From NCBI RefSeq assembly GCF_009914755.1, contig NC_060937.1: a stretch of 64,000 nt of DNA; one strand, written 5' to 3'. The DNA is from the human T2T-CHM13v2.0 reference genome, Homo sapiens. Of the stretch, positions 47,375 through 63,100 are shown piece by piece; position 1 is the first letter of the stretch; each line of letters starts with the position of its first letter. The notes below the pieces were generated by a model. It was not told where the DNA came from. It did no database searches and saw nothing but the letters and a program-made list of their open reading frames with translations. The position numbers and the translations under genes were made by a program.

Positions 47375-50300
47375 ATGAAATTACATCAAATATATATTAG
47401 GTACATAAAATATGAAAGTACATCAAATATAGATTATATACTGTACATAAAATATCAATGTACCCCAAATATATATTTTATACTCTACATGAAATATGAA
47501 AGTTCACAAACCATATATTATATACTGTACATTAAATATCAAAGTACCCAAGGTATATATTCTATACTGTACAAAAAATATCAAAGTACCCAAAGCATGT
47601 ATTATATACTGTACATAAAATATGAAACTACATCAAATATATATTTTATTCTGTACATAAAATATCAAAGTACACCAGATATATATTCTATAGTGTACAT
47701 AAAATATCAACGTACCCAAACTATACATTATATACTGTACATAAAATATGAAATTACATCAAATATATATTATATTAGGTACATAAAATATGAAAGCACA
47801 TCAAATATAGATTATATACTGTACTTTAAATACCAAAGTACCCCAAATATATATTTTATACTGTACATCAAATATCAAAGTTCACAAACCATATATTATA
47901 TACTGTACATAAAATATAAAAGTACCCATGGTATATATTCTATACTGTACAAAAAATATCAAAGTACCCAAAGCATGTATTACATACTGTACATAAAATA
48001 TGAAAGTACATCAAATATATATTTTATTCTGTACATAAAATATCAAAGTACACCAGATAAATATTCTATAGTGTACATAAAATATAAAATTACCCAAACT
48101 ATACATTATATACTGTACATAAAATATGACATTACATCAAAGATATATTATAATAGGTACATAAAATATGAAAGTACATCAAATATAGATTATATACTGT
48201 ACATAAAATATCAAAGTACCCCAAATATATATTATATACTCTACATGAAATATCAAAGTTCACAAACTATATATTATATACTGTACATAAAATATCAAAG
48301 TACCCAAGGTATGTATTCTATACTATACAAAAAATATCAAAGTATCCAAAGCATGTATTATATACTGTATATAAAATATGAAAGTACATTAAATATATAT
48401 TTTATTCTGTACATAAAATATCAAAGTACACCAGATATATATTCTATAGTGTACATAAAATAACAAAGTACACAAACTATAAATTATATACTGTACATAA
48501 AATATGAAATTACATCAAATATATATTAGGTACATAAAATATGAAAGTACATCAAATATAGATTATATACTGTGCATATAATATCAATGTACCCCAAATA
48601 TATATTTTATACTCTACATGAAATATCAAATTTCACAAACCATACTTTATATACTGTACATAAAATATCAAAGTACCCAAGGTATATATTCTATACTGTA
48701 CAAAAAATATCAAAGTACCCAAAGCATGTATTATATACTGTACATAAAATATGAAAGTACATCAAATATATATTTTATTCTGTACATAAAATATCAAAGT
48801 ACACCAGATATTTATTCTATAGTGTACATAGAATATCAAAGTACCCAAACTATACATTATATACTGTACATAAAATATGAAATTACATCAAATATATATT
48901 AGGTACATAAAATATGAAAGTACATCAAATATAGATTACATACTGTACATAAAATATCAAAGTACCCCAAATATATATTATATACACTACATGAAATATC
49001 AAAGTTCACAAACTATATATTATATACTGCACATAAAATATCAAAGTACCCAAGGTATATATTCTATACTGTACAAAAAATATCAAAGTACCCAAAGCAT
49101 GTATTATATACTGTACATAAAATATGAAAGTACATCAAATATATATTTTATTCTGTACATAAAATATCAAAGTACACCAGATATATATTCTATAGTGTAC
49201 ATAAAATAACAAAGTACACAAACTATAAATTATATACTGTACATAAAATATGAAATTACATCAAATATATATTAGGTACATAAAATATGAAAGTACATCA
49301 AATATAGATTATATACTGTACATAAAATATCAATGTACCCCAAATATATATTTTATACTCTACATGAAATATCAATGTTCACAAACCATATATTATATAC
49401 TGTACATAAAATATCAAAGTACCCAAGGTATATATTCTATACTGTACAAAAAATATCAAAGTACCCAAAGCATGTATTATATACTGTACATAAAATATGA
49501 AACTAAATCAAATATATATTTTATTCTGTACATAAAATATCAAAGTACACCAGACATATATTCTATAGTGTACATAAAATATCAACGTACCCAAACTATA
49601 CATTATATACTGTACATAAAATATGAAATTACATCAAATATATATTATATTAGGTACATAAAATATGAAAGCACATCAAATATAGATTATATACTGTACA
49701 TTAAATACCAAAGTACCCCAAACATATATTTTATACTGCACATCAAATATCAAAGTTCACAAACTATATATTATATACAGTACATAAAATATCAAAGTAC
49801 CCATGGTATACATTCTATACTGTACAAAAAATATCAAAGTACCCAAAGCATGTATTATATACTGTACATAAAATATGAAAGTACATCAAATATATATTTT
49901 ATCCTGTAAATAAAATATCAAAGTACACCAGATATATATTCTATAGTGTACATAAAATATAAAAGTACCCAAACTATACATTATATACTGTACATAAAAT
50001 ATGAAATTACATCAAAGATATATTATAATAGGTACATAAAATATGAAAGTACATCAAATATAGATTATATACTGTACATAAAATATCAAAGTACCCCAAA
50101 TATATATTATATACTCTACATGAAATATCAAAGTTCACAAACTATATATTATATACTGTACATAAAATATCAAAGTACCCAAGGTATGTATTCTATACTG
50201 TACAAAAAATATCAAACTATCCAAAGCATGTATTATACACTGTATATAAAATATGAAAGTACATTAAATATATATTTTATTCTGTACATAAAATATCAAA

Positions 50301-51100
50301 GTACACCAGATATATATTCTATAGTGTACATAAAATAACAAAGTACACAAACTATAAATTATATACTGTACATAACATGAAATTACATCAAATATATATT
50401 AGGTACATAAAATATGAAAGTACATCAAATATAGATTATATACTGTACATATAATATCAATGTACCCCAAATATATATTTTATACTCTACATGAAATATC
50501 AAATTTCACAAACCATACTTTATATACTGTACATAAAATATCAAAGTACCCAAGGTATATATTCTATACTGTACAAAAAATATCAAAGTACCCAAAGCAT
50601 GTATTATATACTGTACATAAAATATGAAAGTACATCAAATATATATTTTATTCTGTACATAAAATATCAAAGTACACCAGATATATATTCTATAGTGTAC
50701 ATAGAGTATCAAAGTACCCAAACTATACATTATATACTGTACATAAAATATGAAATTACATCAAATATATATTAGGTACATAAAATATGAAAGTACATCA
50801 AATATAGATTATATACTGTACATAAAATATCAAAGTACCCCAAATATATATTATATACACTACATGAAATATCAAAGTTCACAAACTATATATTATATAC
50901 TGTACATAAAATATCAAAGTACCCAAGGTATATATTCTATACTGTACAAAAAATATCAAAGTAGCCAAAGCATGTATTATATACTGTACATAAAATATGA
51001 AATTACATCAAATATATGTTTTATTCTGTACATAAAATATCAAAGTACACCAGATATATATTCTATAGTGTACATAAAATAACAAAGTACACAATCTATA
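47375..51100 (+). repeat. ~1875-bp (5-HOR) tandem duplication
   Basis: ORFs 47375/49250 (+1875), 48618/50491 and 48877/50750 (+1873). Shared variants gaaacta, caacgtaccc, caaagatatattataatagg, ccatacttt, catagaat/catagagt, atacactac. Confidence 0.82.
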
Positions 51101-54099
51101 AATTATATACTGTACATAAAATATGAAATTACATCAAATATATATTAGGTACATAAAATATGAAAGTACATCAAATATAGATTATATACTGTACATAAAA
51201 TATCAATGTACCCCAAATATATATTTTATACTCTACATGAAATATCAAAGTTCACAAACCATATATTATATACTGTACATAAAATATCAAAGTACCCAAG
51301 GTATATATTCTGTACTGTACAAAAAATATCAAAGTACACAAAGCATTTATTATATACTGTACATAAAATATGAAAGTACATCAAATATATATTTTATTCT
51401 GTATATAAAATATCAAAGTACACCAGACATATATTTTCTATACTGTACATAAAATATCAAAGTACCCAAACTATACATTATACACTGTACAGAAAATATG
51501 AAATTACATCAAATATATATTATATTAGGTACATAAAATATGAAAGTACATCAAATATAGATTATATACTGTACATAAAATACCAAAGTACCCCAAATAT
51601 ATATTTTATACTGTACATGAAATATCAAAGTTCACACACTATGTATTATATACTGTACATAAAATATCAAAGTACCCAAGGTATATATTCTATACTGTAC
51701 AAAAAATATCAAAGTACCCAAAGCATGTATTATATACTGTACATAAAATATGAAAGTACATCAAATATATATTTAATTCTGTACATAAAATATCAAAGTA
51801 CACCAGATATATATTCTATAGTGTACATAAAATATCAAAGTACCCAAACTATACATCATATACTGTACATAAAATATGAAATTACATCAAATATATATTA
51901 TATTAGGTACATAAAATATGAAAGTACATCAAATATAGATTATATACTGTACATAAAATATCAAAGTACCCCAAATATATATTTTATACTGTACATCAAA
52001 TATCAAAGCTCACAAACTATATATTTTATACTGTACATAAAATATCAAAGTACCCATGGTATATATTCTATACTGTACAAAAAATATCAAAGTACCCAAA
52101 GCATGTATTATATACTGTACATAAAATATGAAAGTACATCAAATATATATTTTGTTCTGTACATAAAATATCAAAGTACACCAGATATATATTCTATAGT
52201 GTACATATAATATAAAAGTACCCAAACTATACATTATATACTGTACATAAAATATGAAATTACATCAAATATATATTAGGTACATAAAATATGAAAGTAC
52301 ATCAAATATAGAATATATACTGTACATAAAATATCAATCTACACCAAATATATATTTTATACTCTACATGAAGTATCAAAGTTCACAAACCATATATTAT
52401 ATAATGTACATAAAATATCAAAGTACCCAAGGTATATATTCTATACTGTACAAAAAATATCAAATTACCCAAAGCATTTATTATATACTGTACATAAAAT
52501 ATGAAAGTACATCAAATATATATTTTATTCTGTACATAAAATATCAAAGTACACCAGATATATATTCTATAGTGTACATAAAATATCAAAGTACCCAAAC
52601 TATACATTATACACTTTACATAAAATATGAAATTACATCAAATATATATTATATTAGGTACATAAAATATGAAAGTACATCAAATATAGATTATATACTG
52701 TACATAAAATACCAAAGTACCCCAAATATATATTTTATACTGTACATGAAATATCAAAGTTCACACACTATATATTATATACTGTACATAAAATATCAAA
52801 GTACCCAAGGTATATATTCTATACTGTACAAAAAATATCAAAGTACCCAAAGTATGTATTATATACTTTACATAAAATATGAAAGTACATCAAATATATA
52901 TTTTATACTGTACATAAAATATCAAAGTCCACCAGATATATATTCTATAGTGTACATAAAATATCAAATTACCCAAACTATACATTATATACTGTACATA
53001 AAATATGAAATTACATCAAATATATATTATATTAGGTACATAAAATATGAAAGTACATCAAATATAGATTATATACTGTATATAAAATATCAATGTACCC
53101 CAAATATATATTTTATACTATACATGAAATATCAAAGTTCACAAACCATATATTGTATACTGTACATAAAATATCAAAGTACCCAAGGTATATGTTCTAT
53201 ACTGTACAAAAAATATCAAAGTACCCAAAGCATGTATTATATACTGTACATAAAATATGAAAGTACATCAAATATATATTTTATTCCGTACATAAAATAT
53301 CAAAGTACACCAGATATATATTCTATAGTGTACATAAAATATCAAAGTACACAAACTATACATTATATACTGTACATAAAATATGAAATTACATCAAATA
53401 TATATTATATAAGGTACATAAAATATGAAAGTACATCAAATATAGATTATGTACTGTACATTAAATACCAAAGAAGCCCAAATATACATTATATACTCTA
53501 CATGAAATATCAAAGTTCACAAACTATATATTATATACTGTACATAAAATATCAAAGTACCCAAGGTATATATTCTATACTGTACAAAAAATATCAAAGT
53601 GCCCAAAGCATGTATTATATACTGTATATAAAATATGAAAGTACATCAAATATATATTTTATTCTGTACATAAAATATCAAAGTACACCAGATATATATT
53701 CTATAGTGTACATAAAATAACAAAGTACAAAAACTATAAATTATATACTGTACATAAAATATGAAATTACATCAAATATATATTAGGTACATAAAATATG
53801 AAAGTACATCAAATATAGATTATATACTGTACATAAAATATCAATGTACCCCAAATATATATTTTATACTCGACATGAAATATCAAAGTTCACAAACCAT
53901 ATAATATATACTGTACATAAAATATCAAAGTACCCAAGGTATATATTCTATACTGTACAAAAAATATCAAAGTACCCAAAGCATGTATTATATACTGTAC
54001 ATAAAATATGAAAGTACATCAAATATATATTTTATTCTGTACATAAAATATCAAAGTACACCAGATATATATTCTATAGTGTACATAAAATATCAAAGT

Positions 54100-57000
54100 A
54101 CCCAAACTATACATTATATACTGTACATAAAATATGAAATTACATCAAATATATATTATATTAGGTACATAAAATATGAAAGCACATCAAATATAGATTA
54201 TATACTGTACATTAAATACCAAAGTACCCCAAATATATATTTTATACTGTACATCAAATATCAAAGTTCACAAACTATATATTATATACTGTACATAAAA
54301 TATCAAAGTACCCATGGTATATATTCTATACTGTACAAAAAATATCAAAGTACCCAAAGCATGTATTATATACTGTATATAAAATATGAAAGTACATCAC
54401 ATATGTATATTATTCTGTACATAAAATATCAAAGTACACCAGATATATATTCTATAGTGTACATAAAATAACAAAGTACACAAACTATAAATTATATACT
54501 GTACATAAAATATGAAATTACATCAAATATATATTAGGTACATAAAATATGAAAGTACATCAGATATAGATTATATACTGTACATAAAATATCAATGTAC
54601 CCCAAATATATATTTTATACTCTACATGAAATATCAAAGTTCACAAACCATATATTATATACTGTACATAAAATATCAAAGTACCCAAGGTATATATTCT
54701 ATACTGTACAAAAAATATCAAAGTACCCAAAGCATATATTATATACTGTACATAAAATATGAAAGTACATCAAATATATATTTTATTCTGTACATAAAAT
54801 ATCAAAGTTCACCAGATATATATTCTATAGTGTACATAAAATATCAAAGTACCCAAACTATTTATTATATACTGTACATAAAATATGAAATTACATCAAA
54901 TATATATTATATTAGGTACATAAAATATGAAAGTACATCAAATATAGATTATATACTGTACATGAAATACCAAAGTACCCCAAATATATATTTTATACGG
55001 TACATGAAATATCAAAGTTCACAAACTATATATTATATACTGTATATAAAATATCAAAGTATCCAAGGTATATATTCTATACTGTACAAAAAATATCAAA
55101 GTACACAAAGCATGTATTATATACTGTACATAAAATATGAAAGTACATCAAATACATATTTTATTCTGTACATAAAATATCAAAGTACACCAGATATATA
55201 TTCTATAGTGTACATAAAATATCAAAGTACCCAAACTATACATTATATACTGTACATAAAATATGAAATTACATCAAATTTATATTAGGTACATAAAATA
55301 TGAAAGTACATCAAATATAGATTATATACTGTACATAAAATATCAAAGTACCCCAAATATATATTATATACTCTACATGAAATATCAAAGTTCACAAACT
55401 ATATATTATATACTGTACATAAAATATCCAAGTACCCAAGGTATATATTCTATACTGTACAAAAAATATCAACGTACCCAAAGCATGTATTATATACTCT
55501 ATATAAAATATGAAAGTACATCACATATATATTTTATTCTTTACATAAAATATCAAAGTACACCAGATATATATTCTATAGTGTACATAAAATAACAAAG
55601 TACAAAAACTATAAATTATATGCTGTACATAAAATATGAAATTACATCAAATATATATTAGGTACATAAAATATGAAAGTACATTAAATATAGATTGTAT
55701 ACTGTACATAAAATATCAATGTACCCCAAATATATATTTTATACTCTACATGAAATATCAAAGTTCACAAACCATATATTATATACTGTACATAAAATAT
55801 CAAAGTAACCAAGGTATATATTTTATACTGTACAAAAAATATCAAAGTACCCAAAGCATGTATTATATACTGTACATAAAATATGAAAGTACATCAAATA
55901 TATATTTTATTCTGTACATAAAATATCAAAGTACACCAGATATATATTCTATAGTGTACCTAAAATATCAAAGTACCCAAAATATACATTATATACTGTA
56001 CATAAAATATGAAATTACATCAAATATATATTATATTAGGTACATAAAATATGAAAGCACATCAAATATGGATTACATACTGTACATTAAATACCAAAGT
56101 ACCCCAAATATATATTTTATACTGTACATCAAATATCAAAGTTCACAAACTATATATTATATACTGTACATAAAATATCAAAGTACCCATGGCATATATT
56201 CTATACTGTACAAAAAATATCAAAGTACCCAAAGCATGTATTATATACTGTATATAAAATATGAAAGTACATCACATATATATTTTATTCTGTACATAAA
56301 ATATCAAAGTACACCAGATATATATTCAATAGTGTACATAAAATAACAAAGTTCAAAAACTATAAATTATATGCTGTACATAAAATATGAAATTACATCA
56401 AATATATATTAGGTACATAAAATATGAAAGTACATCAAATATAGATTATATACTGTACATAAAATATCAATGTACCCCAAATATATATTTTATACTCTAC
56501 ATGAAATATGAAAGTTCACAAACCATATATTATATACTGTACATTAAATATCAAAGTACCCAAGGTATATATTCTATACTGTACAAAAAATATCAAAGTA
56601 CCCAAAGCATGTATTATATACTGTACATAAAATATGAAACTACATCAAATATATATTTTATTCTGTACATAAAATATCAAAGTACACCAGATATATATTC
56701 TATAGTGTACATAAAATATCAACGTACCCAAACTATACATTATATACTGTACATAAAATATGAAATTACATCAAATATATATTATATTAGGTACATAAAA
56801 TATGAAAGCACATCAAATATAGATTATATACTGTACTTTAAATACCAAAGTACCCCAAATATATATTTTATACTGTACATCAAATATCAAAGTTCACAAA
56901 CCATATATTATATACTGTACATAAAATATAAAAGTACCCATGGTATATATTCTATACTGTACAAAAAATATCAAAGTACCCAAAGCATGTATTATATACT

Positions 57001-60000
57001 GTACATAAAATATGAAAGTACATCAAATATATATTTTATTCTGTACATAAAATATCAAAGTACACCAGATAAATATTCTATAGTGTACATAAAATATAAA
57101 ATTACCCAAACTATACATTATATACTGTACATAAAATATGACATTACATCAAAGATATATTATAATAGGTACATAAAATATGAAAGTACATCAAATATAG
57201 ATTATATACTGTACATAAAATATCAAAGTACCCCAAATATATATTATATACTCTACATGAAATATCAAAGTTCACAAACTATATATTATATACTGTACAT
57301 AAAATATCAAAGTACCCAAGGTATGTATTCTATACTATACAAAAAATATCAAGGTATCCAAAGCATGTATTATATACTGTATATAAAATATGAAAGTACA
57401 TTAAATATATATTTTATTCTGTACATAAAATATCAAAGTACACCAGATATATATTCTATAGTGTACATAAAATAACAAAGTACACAAACTATAAATTATA
57501 TACTGTACATAAAATATGAAATTACATCAAATATATATTAGGTACATAAAATATGAAAGTACATCAAATATAGATTATATACTGTGCATATAATATCAAT
57601 GTACCCCAAATATATATTTTATACTCTACATGAAATATCAAATTTCACAAACCATACTTTATATACTGTACATAAAATATCAAAGTACCCAAGGTATATA
57701 TTCTATACTGTACAAAAAATATCAAAGTACCCAAAGCATGTATTATATACTGTACATAAAATATGAAAGTACATCAAATATATATTTTATTCTGTACATA
57801 AAATATCAAAGTACACCAGATATATATTCTATAGTGTACATAGAATATCAAAGTACCCAAACTATACATTATATACTGTACATAAAATATGAAATTACAT
57901 CAAATATATATTAGGTACATAAAATATGAAAGTACATCAAATATAGATTACATACTGTACATAAAATATCAAAGTACCCCAAATATATATTATATACACT
58001 ACATGAAATATCAAAGTTCACAAACTATATATTATATACTGTACATAAAATATCAAAGTACCCAAGGTATATATTCTATACTGTACAAAAAATATCAAAG
58101 TACCCAAAGCATGTATTATATACTGTACATAAAATATGAAAGTACATCAAATATATATTTTATTCTGTACATAAAATATCAAAGTACACCAGATATATAT
58201 TCTATAGTGTACATAAAATAACAAAGTACACAAACTATAAATTATATACTGTACATAAAATATGAAATTACATCAAATATATATTAGGTACATAAAATAT
58301 GAAAGTACATCAAATATAGATTATATACTGTACATAAAATATCAATGTACCCCAAATATATATTTTATACTCTACATGAAATATCAATGTTCACAAACCA
58401 TATATTATATACTGTACATAAAATATCAAAGTACCCAAGGTATATATTCTATACTGTACAAAAAATATCAAAGTACCCAAAGCATGTATTATATACTGTA
58501 CATAAAATATGAAACTAAATCAAATATATATTTTATTCTGTACATAAAATATCAAAGTACACCAGACATATATTCTATAGTGTACATAAAATATCAACGT
58601 ACCCAAACTATACATTATATACTGTACATAAAATATGAAATTACATCAAATATATATTATATTAGGTACATAAAATATGAAAGCACATCAAATATAGATT
58701 ATATACTGTACATTAAATACCAAAGTACCCCCAACATATATTTTATACTGCACATCAAATATCAAAGTTCACAAACTATATATTATATACTGTACATAAA
58801 ATATCAAAGTACCCATGGTATACATTCTATACTGTACAAAAAATATCAAAGTAGCCAAAGCATGTATTATATACTGTACATAAAATATGAAATTACATCA
58901 AATATATGTTTTATTCTGTACATAAAATATCAAAGTACACCAGATATATATTCTATAGTGTACATAAAATAACAAAGTACACAATCTATAAATTATATAC
59001 TGTACATAAAATATGAAATTACATCAAATATATATTAGGTACATAAAATATGAAAGTACATCAAATATAGATTATATACTGTACATAAAATATCAATGTA
59101 CCCCAAATATATATTTTATACTCTACATGAAATATCAAAGTTCACAAACCATATATTATATACTGTACATAAAATATCAAAGTACCCAAGGTATATATTC
59201 TGTACTGTACAAAAAATATCAAAGTACACAAAGCATTTATTATATACTGTACATAAAATATGAAAGTACATCAAATATATATTTTATTCTGTATATAAAA
59301 TATCAAAGTACACCAGATATATATTCTATAGTGTACATAAAATATCAAAGTACCCAAACTATACATTATACACTGTACAGAAAATATGAAATTACATCAA
59401 ATATATATTATATTAGGTACATAAAATATGAAAGTACATCAAATATAGATTATATACTGTACATAAAATACCAAAGTACCCCAAATATATATTTTATACT
59501 GTACATGAAATATCAAAGTTCACACACTATATATTATATACTGTACATAAAATATCAAAGTACCCAAGGTATATATTCTATACTGTACAAAAAATATCAA
59601 AGTACCCAAAGCATGTATTATATACTGTACATAAAATATGAAAGTACATCAAATATATATTTAATTCTGTACATAAAATATCAAAGTACACCAGATATAT
59701 ATTCTATAGTGTACATAAAATATCAAAGTACCCAAACTATACATGATATACTGTACATAAAATATGAAATTACATCAAATATATATTATATTAGGTACAT
59801 AAAATATGAAAGTACATCAAATATAGATTATATACTGTACATAAAATATCAAAGTACCCCAAATATATATTTTATACTGTACATCAAATATCAAAGTTCA
59901 CAAACTATATATTATATACTGTACATAAAATATCAAAGTACCCATGGTATATATTCTATACTGTACAAAAAATATCAAAGTACCCAAAGCATGTATTATA

Positions 60001-60100
60001 TACTGTACATAAAATATGAAAGTACATCAAATATATATTTTATTCTGTACATAAAATATCAAAGTACACCAGATATATATTCTATAGTGTACATAAAATA
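54100..60100 (+). repeat. ~6-kb second copy of the 46.2-52.2 kb block
   Basis: ORF offsets 46624/54512 (+7888), 47375/56387, 48572/57584, 48877/57889, 49250/58262 (+9012), 51123/59013 (+7890). The translations are almost identical. Confidence 0.87.
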
Positions 60101-63100
60101 TCAAAGTACCCAATCTATTTATTATATACTGTACATAAAATATGAAATTACATCAAATATATATTATATTAGGTACATAAAATATGAAAGTACATCAAAT
60201 ATAGATTATATGCTGTACATTAAATACCAAAGTACCCCAAATATATATTTTATACTGTACATGAAATATCAAAGTTCACAAACTATATATTATATACTGT
60301 ACATAAAATATCAAAGTACCCAAGGTATATATTCTATACTGTACAAAAAATATCAAAGTACCCAAATCACGTATTATATACTGTACATAAAATATGAAAG
60401 TACATCATATATATATTTTATTCTGTACATAAAATATCAAAGTACACCAGATATATATTCTATAGTGTACATAAAATATCAAAGTACCCAAACTATACAT
60501 TATATACTGTACATAAAATATGAAATTACATCAAATATATATTAAGTACATAAAATATGAAAGTACATCAAATATAGATTATATACTGTACATAAAATAT
60601 CAATGTACCCCAAATATATATTTTATACTCTACATGAAATATCAAATTTCACAAACCATATATTACATACTGTACCTAAAATATCAAAGAACCCAAGGTA
60701 TATATTCTATACTGTACAAAAAATATCAAAGTACCCAAAGCATGTATTATATACTGTACATAAAATATGAAAGTACATCAAATATATATTTTATTCTGTA
60801 CATAAAATAATAAAGTACACCAGATATATATTATATAGTGTACATAAAATATCAAAGTACCCAAACTATACATTATATACTGTACATAAAATATGAAATT
60901 ACATCAAATATATATTATATTAGGTACATAAAATATGAAAGTACATCAAATATAGATTATATACTGTACATAAAATACCAAAGTACCCCAAATATATATT
61001 TTATACTGTACATGAAATATCAAAGTTCACACACTATATATTATATACTGTACATAAAATATCAAAGTACCCAAGGTATATATTCTATACTGTACAAAAA
61101 ATATCAAAGTACCCAAAGCATGTATTATATATTGTACATAAAATATGAAAGTACATCAAATATATATTTTATTCTGTACATAAAATATCAAAGTACACCA
61201 GATATATATTATATAGTGTACATAAAATATCAAAGTACCCAAACTATACATTATATACTGTACATAAAATATGAAATTACATCAAATATATTTTATATTA
61301 GGTACATAAAATATGAAAGTACATCAAATATAGATTATATACTGTACATGAAATACCAAAGTACCCCAAATATATATTTTATACGGTACATGAAATATCA
61401 AAGTTCACAAACTATATATTATATACTGTATATAAAATATCAAAGTACCCAAGGTATATATTCTATACTGTACAAAAAATATCAAAGTACCCAAAGCATG
61501 TATTATATACTGTACATAAAATATGAAAGTACATCAAATATATATTTTATTCTCTACATAAAATAATAAAGTACACCAGATATATATTCTATAGTGTACA
61601 TAAAATATCAAAGTACCCAAACTATACATTATATACTGTACATAAAATATGAGATTACATCAAATTTATATTAGGTACATAAAATATGAAAGTACATCAA
61701 ATATAGATTATATACTGTACATAAAATATCAAAGTACTCCAAATATATATTATATACTCTACATGAAATATCAAAGTTCACAAACTATATATTATATACT
61801 GTACATAAAATATCAAAGTACCCAAGGTATATATTCTATACTGTACAAAAAATATCAAAGTACCCAAAGCATGTATTATATACTGTATATAAAATATGAA
61901 AGTACATGAAATATATATTTTATTCTGTACATAAAATATCAAATTACACCAGATATATATTCTATAGTGTACATAAAATAACAAAGTACACAAACTATAA
62001 ATTATATACTGTACATAAAATATGAAATTACATCAAATATATATTAGGTACATAAAATATGAAAGTACATCAAATATAGTTTATATACTGTACATATATC
62101 AATGTACCCCAAATATATATTTTATACTCTATATGAAATATCAAAGTTCACAAACCATACATTATATACAGTACATAAAATATCAAAGTACCCAAGGTAT
62201 ATATTCTATACTGTACAAAAAATATCAAAGTTCCCATAGCATGTATTATATACTGTACATAAAATAAGAAAGTATATCAAATATATATTTTATTCTGTAC
62301 ATAAAATATCAAAGTACACCAGATATATATTCTATAGTGTACATAAAATAGCAAAGTACTCAAACTATTTATTATATACTGTACATAAAATATGAAATTA
62401 CATCAAATATATATTATATTAGGTACATAAAATATGAAAGTACATCAAATATAGATTATATGCTGTACATTAAATACCAAAGTACCCCAAATATATATTT
62501 TATACTGTACATGAAATATCAAAGTTCACAAACTATATATTATATACTGTACATAAAATATCAAAGTACCCAAGGTATATATTCTATACTGTACAAAAAA
62601 TATCAAAGTACCCAAATCACGTATTATATACTGTACATAAAATATGAAAGTACATCATATATATATTTTATTCTGTACATAAAATATCAAAGTACACCAG
62701 ATATATATTCTATAGTGTACATAAAATATCAAAGTACCCAAACTATACATTATATACTGTACATAAAATATGAGATTACATCAAATATATGTTATATTAG
62801 GTACATAAAATATGAAAGTACATCAAATATAGATTATATACTGTACATAAAATATCAAAGTACCCCAAATATATATTATATACTCTACATGAAATATCAA
62901 AGTTCACAAACTATATATTATATACTGTACATAAAATATCAAAGTACCCAAGGTATATATTCTATACTGTACAAAAAATATCATAGTACCCAAAGCATGT
63001 ATTATATACTGTATATAAAATATGAAAGTACATGAAATATATATTTTATTCTGTACATAAAATATCAAAGTACACCAGATATATATTCTATAGTGTACAT

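Noticed and set aside
8254-52254. Exactly round 44,000-bp offset as a sign of an artificial construct
   Set aside because: The copies differ at several positions and other offsets are not round, so this is coincidence.
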